Shown in pieces: positions 58,201 to 61,299 of a stretch of DNA of 61,299 nucleotides (its first letter is position 1; each line of letters begins with the position of its first letter). The position numbers were made by a program, and so were the translations under genes. Under the pieces are notes generated by a model. That model was not told the origin of the DNA. It was given only the letters and a program-made list of their open reading frames with translations, and made no database searches. This DNA is from a virus (taxonomy: Duplodnaviria > Caudoviricetes). The stretch covers positions 1 to 61,299 of the IMG/VR virus record IMGVR_UViG_3300025102_000027, one strand, 5' to 3'.

Positions 58201-60676
58201 TACTATGTCAAGTCATAAACATTTCCTAACAACAAATACAGTTCCTTTATTAGAACCACATTGTCCTTTAGGATGGGAGCTAGACGAAATAACAGGATTA
58301 TGCACTCAAGATTGTCCGGAAGGATATTATTTAGAAGATGGTATGTGTCTACCATCAGGTTGTCCTGAAGGAAGTTTTTGGAATGAAACTCAAACACAAT
58401 GTTGTTCATATGAGTATGGAGAATTAGTTGAAAATTTAGATGCAAATGGTAATCCAATTCCAGGTCCTAATGATGTAATAAGTGGGAATACTTCAGTAGC
58501 TGATGAACTGGGTATTACTAATCCTATGCTTAATGGTCCTAATGGTGATGGTAACTCTCCTACTGGTTGGAATATAGGAGCTATAAATTCTGGAGGCGTT
58601 GTACAGTATTGGAAAGGGACAAGCGCCCCAATGACTTGGGGAGGACAAGAGGTATATGCTGATGGACCAACATCTTTTTCACAATTAGAAATAGATGGTA
58701 CAATGTACACTATACCTGAAAATATTATATGGGGTGGTCCATCAGGCGTGTTTACTGCAGATTTAAATCCTAGTATAGTATATGGTGGATTATACAGTCT
58801 TGATGAAGATAATCCTAATAGATATATAGGCATGTATCATAATATAGGATATTGCGGTACCTGTTGTCAATCAGGAAAAAGAAATGTAAACAATAGAGAT
58901 ACTACAGAATCTTTTCAAGCTTATATGGATTATTTTGATACTTTAGAAGATGATTATATTGGAAGCGAGTTTGATAATGGAGCAGGTTTTGCAGGTTCTA
59001 TTGCTAATAAAGATTGGGCTCTTAATCCGAATGGCCAAAAAGGAATAAGTAGTTTTTGCTATAGAGAGGCACAATGGCAAAAATTACCACAACCAATGGT
59101 AGTTGGTCAAACTTATAATAGCACTATAGCTGCTGCTGCTCCAAAGAGGACTTCTAATACCTCTTATGATAGATTAGGTCCCAAAACTTGTTGGCCAGCT
59201 CAAGTAGAGATTTGGGGAAGTGACTCTCCTCCTGGATGTTATAGAAGTTTTGCTGAAATAGCAGCACAAGAAGCTGAAGAAGAAGCTTTAGGTGAAGAGG
59301 GATATGGTGCTCCGGGTATGTGTTCTACAGGATATGGAAGTTGTAATTGTTCTTGGGGTGGTCCTATGGTTAATTTATATTATAAAGACATGGATGGAAA
59401 TCCTGACCCTCATTCGCAACTTCTTTGGGCATCTCCTGATGTAACTGATAGAGGAGAAGGTCCTGGAACACATTGTGTTTGTAATTATAATTTGACAGAT
59501 TGCACTCAGGAAGAAAGAGATGCATCTAATTGGAATGTTTATGATGTATCATTTACTCCAACTAAACCTTGGAGATATATAACATTTAGAGCTAACGGAT
59601 GGTCTTCAACATTTAGACCTAAATATACTTATGATAATTTACTGAATAATGATGATCCTGATTGTATGGGTTGCATGTTTGATAATTTTGGACCTTATGA
59701 TTTAGCAGAGGGAGAATACAATAATTTTAATGACATAGGATTTTTTGGTCTAGGTGAAGGAGATGCTGCATATGTACTTGTTGATAATTTCCTACTGGAT
59801 GCCCCAGAGCCACCAGTTATACCTACTAATTGTTCTTGTGAAGAAGGTTTTGAAATGGTATATGCAGGAAGTACTACACCTGTTCCTGAAAGTGAGCAAC
59901 CAATTCTTTGTGTAGATGAGGGAAATACTGTAGAATGTGTTAAATTAATTTGTGAGGATATATTACCAATACCTAACGAACCATTAGAACCTTCTTTTGA
60001 ATCTAGCGGTTTATGGAAACATAATGTACGTTGTGATCTATTTAATAATTATTATGATATACAATATCCTTGGGAAATAGAAATAATTGAATCTGTAGGT
60101 CAAGAAGTTAATACTATAAGAAGTATTGAATATCAACTTGAATCATATTTATATAGAGCAAAATATGATGAAGAGGGCTGTATAATAAATTCTGCATGTG
60201 AAGATAGATGGCATGATTTAAAATATAATTTTGATGAAGCTATTGTTTATAATTCAGAACAAAACTCAGGATTACTAACACTTATACAACAAAATACTAA
60301 TGTAAATGATATTGTACAATACCCAATAATAGGTGAAGCTGATATACAAATACTGTATACTAAAGTAGAACAAAAATATAGATTTGATCAATTCTGGGAT
60401 AATACAAGGAATAGAAATAACGCATTTCAATCTATGTTTATTACACAATTAAATGGTTATATTAAAGATTTAAATGCTGCTTATTTAGATTATGATAAAC
60501 CACAATTAGAACGTAAAAAGTTTAGACATTATGTAAATAATTTAATTCTAAGAAAGAAGGTTATTTATGAAGAAACAAATTTAGATGCTATTACCGTATA
60601 TCCGGATGGTAAACCGCATACAAGAAAAATGTTACTTAAATTAGTTAATACAAAAATAAACTTATCACATAGATAA
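52298..60676 (+). CDS. Tail stabilisation/muzzle protein with two large inserted domains
   Basis: KGMIKD..NARNAIN..IGNE N-terminus, SFMRDEQY, IRHHKFP, GGDVYI, SWTVSYDP..WISFHDWHP. Confidence 0.8.
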   Translation: MAKEQNQRPNFNNTSKVDTDLFVKGMIKDSHESFVGQENWVNARNAINNSVSGDAGTIGNEPANLSCANVLYTIIGAVYLFGDKWIIYSTDNNTSEIGLFDDSQCEYDVLVNDTCLNFNKFNLITGASKENYDCTWQIYWDDGLNPSRTLNIGPKDKITENLHIPWIQEQVEGTGTEDEPCVEYVDVLPLKLNCDLIRLAPFMKTPKLSLEKADSPGQLKNGSYQVYIAYTINEQQIGDYIGVSNIQPLFDGDDTASSLDIFIDDLDKNFEFYKVVLLMNNQQQTQAIQLGLYSTEQSKINIDYINPNTASASQVPISTLPLRTPVYERSDQMVVLNDYLMRVGPTTQFDFNYQPLANEITARWVSVEYPATYYKNGGNKPSFMRDEQYTFFIRFIYKTGDKSTSYHIPGRAYLTDNQIFGNEKGGADNNNALNTDEQELWQTTNTAFVDEIDGTTVTEDGGVILSKGQMGYWESSEKYPSEDPHGRWGELCGQNIRHHKFPEEQTDIDTLNRSSANNQNIRILSVEFDNIVWPVDNDGVRIPNITGYEILVGSRQGNKSILAKGIIRNMRSYQIPAGGNFGADIDPASNIVGLMPNYPFNSWNADPYLTTQAPDGTAPTISNDHDSFPHICGNTGAFHGTCTNFYTFHSPETSFNRPYLNPAEVKSYGLTQGFQQGHFTTSEEHPKNVLIRDFAAIIAVLVGCAYAIGKMRGKRTTELHSNTSVLPGGITAGTALMIPTETALTLSTINPVLGPGLGEEAYMGTTAAIWEAEGALNNIGIPPAAGQLGAKRVMEFEGTDWKAGPNAIYGVLSLFGFLNYVVDGGQVIIDLIYNAAGVNQHAYKYNSYGLYSQTEARHDGDVYRGRIEKARYVGNVIQDFGSTGIGFSARVNNLFRPSTVVLQSLGNQGGAMLSGIPSDNSKVTLGVAGQAALDNPTRGNWTSQIGAHYVGLKFAMDNQYGQLDGIKQIPISKPQNWLDEFGHEVTNLTVEDNQIFKSEPLFGGDVYINRYNEKVIMPFFWQFLKGEPDEFGFQYQNYMNVPYTKFYMDTTKYDLINMIAPIADFSFSWTNGGLPSTMHNMDRDASQIETGGTISGYGQWSTSGYLGGTNNNFFVLKRAYMYTHNSGVNDFFVESELNVGLREQGGNQKEKFYDWTEYTDLNSLFHSDIIKDGNFYKYDFSLSKYNLTSQMITHGAIQTRDYDPFVAETCYDYYPKRILYSNQAFKEAKKDFWRVYLPNNYQDFKNAPTTIKPISKSGALILFPHLAPISFQGVDTLTTDYNTKLVIGDGGLFNDPMQQISTADLPHEYGSCENSRSVINTPSGVFYMSQAQGKIFQYGQTLQNIADAGMKQWFNNYLPSRLLAAFPEIEGTSFADNPIMGVACQSVYDPNYDIVYFCKKDYEPCNVDECIQFDPEIPGFINPCENPPTPECPEDYNLECQGQGDNEFCECCPECPEGTFASVDGRECCEWVTTDPEYELPREGVNPIVGDATSLYLNNPGFEQPCGVYWCESPELNPDTQYYNPVLDINNPAYDQEDYENWFNGAYWNQNNPPPMNELRGSVPDEWIGCMTDMCPAEGEIGWTSPQTTDILDGTTFYSVSRTCCGLMPHTGNTYLGLFFQENGDANGYWREGATQLLKDEDGNESPFVAGNTYVGEVVLAADGTFNRHPGQGNPYLTLSDDNPFFELFDENGNAHCQRGGFPGTAILPASSSNDSYQAQYCVDCGLPGQPYVNNRPELQIYGSMDPCMSESGAWCDAFAWVDDSEMGDNGGMVNGQQYIGDPEDAELLWRSGDISNGGTDYHHLTGWKEYAYTLNPTRPWKYFTFIINSLPGDIYFNSLGVSLDRPPVNAYLCLDSLTPPRIEDPGGYCRCDEVTEDGVPYTLVFDDGIYETPASEDDCLNYLVTGEGLPTTCVAQACEPIECIEPTLIQTPIDITDSPYFNDISWTVSYDPKIKGWISFHDWHPELTMSSHKHFLTTNTVPLLEPHCPLGWELDEITGLCTQDCPEGYYLEDGMCLPSGCPEGSFWNETQTQCCSYEYGELVENLDANGNPIPGPNDVISGNTSVADELGITNPMLNGPNGDGNSPTGWNIGAINSGGVVQYWKGTSAPMTWGGQEVYADGPTSFSQLEIDGTMYTIPENIIWGGPSGVFTADLNPSIVYGGLYSLDEDNPNRYIGMYHNIGYCGTCCQSGKRNVNNRDTTESFQAYMDYFDTLEDDYIGSEFDNGAGFAGSIANKDWALNPNGQKGISSFCYREAQWQKLPQPMVVGQTYNSTIAAAAPKRTSNTSYDRLGPKTCWPAQVEIWGSDSPPGCYRSFAEIAAQEAEEEALGEEGYGAPGMCSTGYGSCNCSWGGPMVNLYYKDMDGNPDPHSQLLWASPDVTDRGEGPGTHCVCNYNLTDCTQEERDASNWNVYDVSFTPTKPWRYITFRANGWSSTFRPKYTYDNLLNNDDPDCMGCMFDNFGPYDLAEGEYNNFNDIGFFGLGEGDAAYVLVDNFLLDAPEPPVIPTNCSCEEGFEMVYAGSTTPVPESEQPILCVDEGNTVECVKLICEDILPIPNEPLEPSFESSGLWKHNVRCDLFNNYYDIQYPWEIEIIESVGQEVNTIRSIEYQLESYLYRAKYDEEGCIINSACEDRWHDLKYNFDEAIVYNSEQNSGLLTLIQQNTNVNDIVQYPIIGEADIQILYTKVEQKYRFDQFWDNTRNRNNAFQSMFITQLNGYIKDLNAAYLDYDKPQLERKKFRHYVNNLILRKKVIYEETNLDAITVYPDGKPHTRKMLLKLVNTKINLSHR

Positions 60677-61299
60677 TGAATAATAAATATTATATAGATA
60701 ATAGTGATATACATGGTAAAGGAGCTTTTGCTTCTAAAAATTATGCTATAGGTGATAATGTAGGAAAGCTTCATAAAATTCTTAAACTTGGTGAAGAATA
60801 TAAATGGACAGAGTTAGGTAGAATGTATAATCATTCAGAAGAACCTAATACTAAAAATGTTTTAGAGGGAGATACAAGATATATGGTTGCACTTAAACCT
60901 ATTAGAATGGGTGAAGAATTAACTAGTGATTATAGATTACAACCAGATATGGAACAGCCTGAGCAATGGACAGGAAGTGAAGATTCTGAAAGTGATTTTG
61001 GTGATATACCTAAAGCACAATTTGGAGGAATAGTTAAAGGTTTTAAAAATCTATTTAAAAAAGGAGCAAAGAATGCACCACAGATTATAAAAAATACAAT
61101 AAAACAAAATAATAAATACTCTGTTAGACAAGGTTTAGATCTTAATAAATCTCTCCCTAATAAACAATTAACATTCAAACAAAAAGAGTTTTACCGTGGA
61201 CATAAAGATTCTAATCTTAATCTTAAAGATATAACATCTCATCCAACAGGTACAACAAATTTTCAATTTGAAAATATATCTCCAATTACAGGTAAACCT
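60676..61299 (+). CDS. SET-domain-containing multidomain protein (truncated by window)
   Basis: Manual translation: SDIHGKGAFA..GRMYNHSEEPN..IRMGEELTSDY, then KAQFGG and ..EFYRGH; frame open to window end. Confidence 0.8.
   Translation, partial: MNNKYYIDNSDIHGKGAFASKNYAIGDNVGKLHKILKLGEEYKWTELGRMYNHSEEPNTKNVLEGDTRYMVALKPIRMGEELTSDYRLQPDMEQPEQWTGSEDSESDFGDIPKAQFGGIVKGFKNLFKKGAKNAPQIIKNTIKQNNKYSVRQGLDLNKSLPNKQLTFKQKEFYRGHKDSNLNLKDITSHPTGTTNFQFENISPITGKP

Noticed and set aside
18477-61178. Many short antisense or alternate-frame ORFs in the ORF track
   Set aside because: Shadow ORFs lying within or overlapping well-supported genes
1-61299. Stop-codon reassignment as in some crAss-like phages
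   Set aside because: Long genes are intact in the standard code; TAG and TGA end genes at sensible boundaries; no suppressor tRNA seen

Overview
This AT-rich 61.3 kb segment comes from a crAss-like (Crassvirales-type) phage, most likely infecting an environmental Bacteroidota/Flavobacteria host; it uses the standard genetic code. Bases 1-17367 form a minus-strand early/replication arm: MoxR-type AAA ATPase, vWA-metallopeptidase, RusA-like resolvase, primase, Sak4-like ATPase, DnaB helicase, DnaA-domain-IV-like protein, SF2 helicase, HNH and many small genes. Bases ~17500-61299 form a plus-strand late arm: nuclease, small basic proteins, fibres, lysin-like protein, HU-like protein, GroES, TerL, portal, MCP, ring/tail proteins, a 2792-aa muzzle/stabilisation protein and the start of a SET-domain protein. 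The most unusual part is the ~1.35 kb non-coding island (15700-17050) at the head of the early arm. It holds a 78-nt tmRNA-like tRNA-like domain with alanine identity (G3.U70, A73) but no anticodon and no tag ORF, a ~400-nt nested multibranch RNA, a second hairpin-dense RNA, repeated small ACAG-loop-CTGT hairpins, and long-range complementarity to downstream intergenic regions. A second theme is Cys-clamped stalk-and-knob domain insertions in conserved virion proteins, including two paralogous host-like jelly-roll domains in the muzzle protein. All family assignments come from motif recognition by eye, not from database searches.
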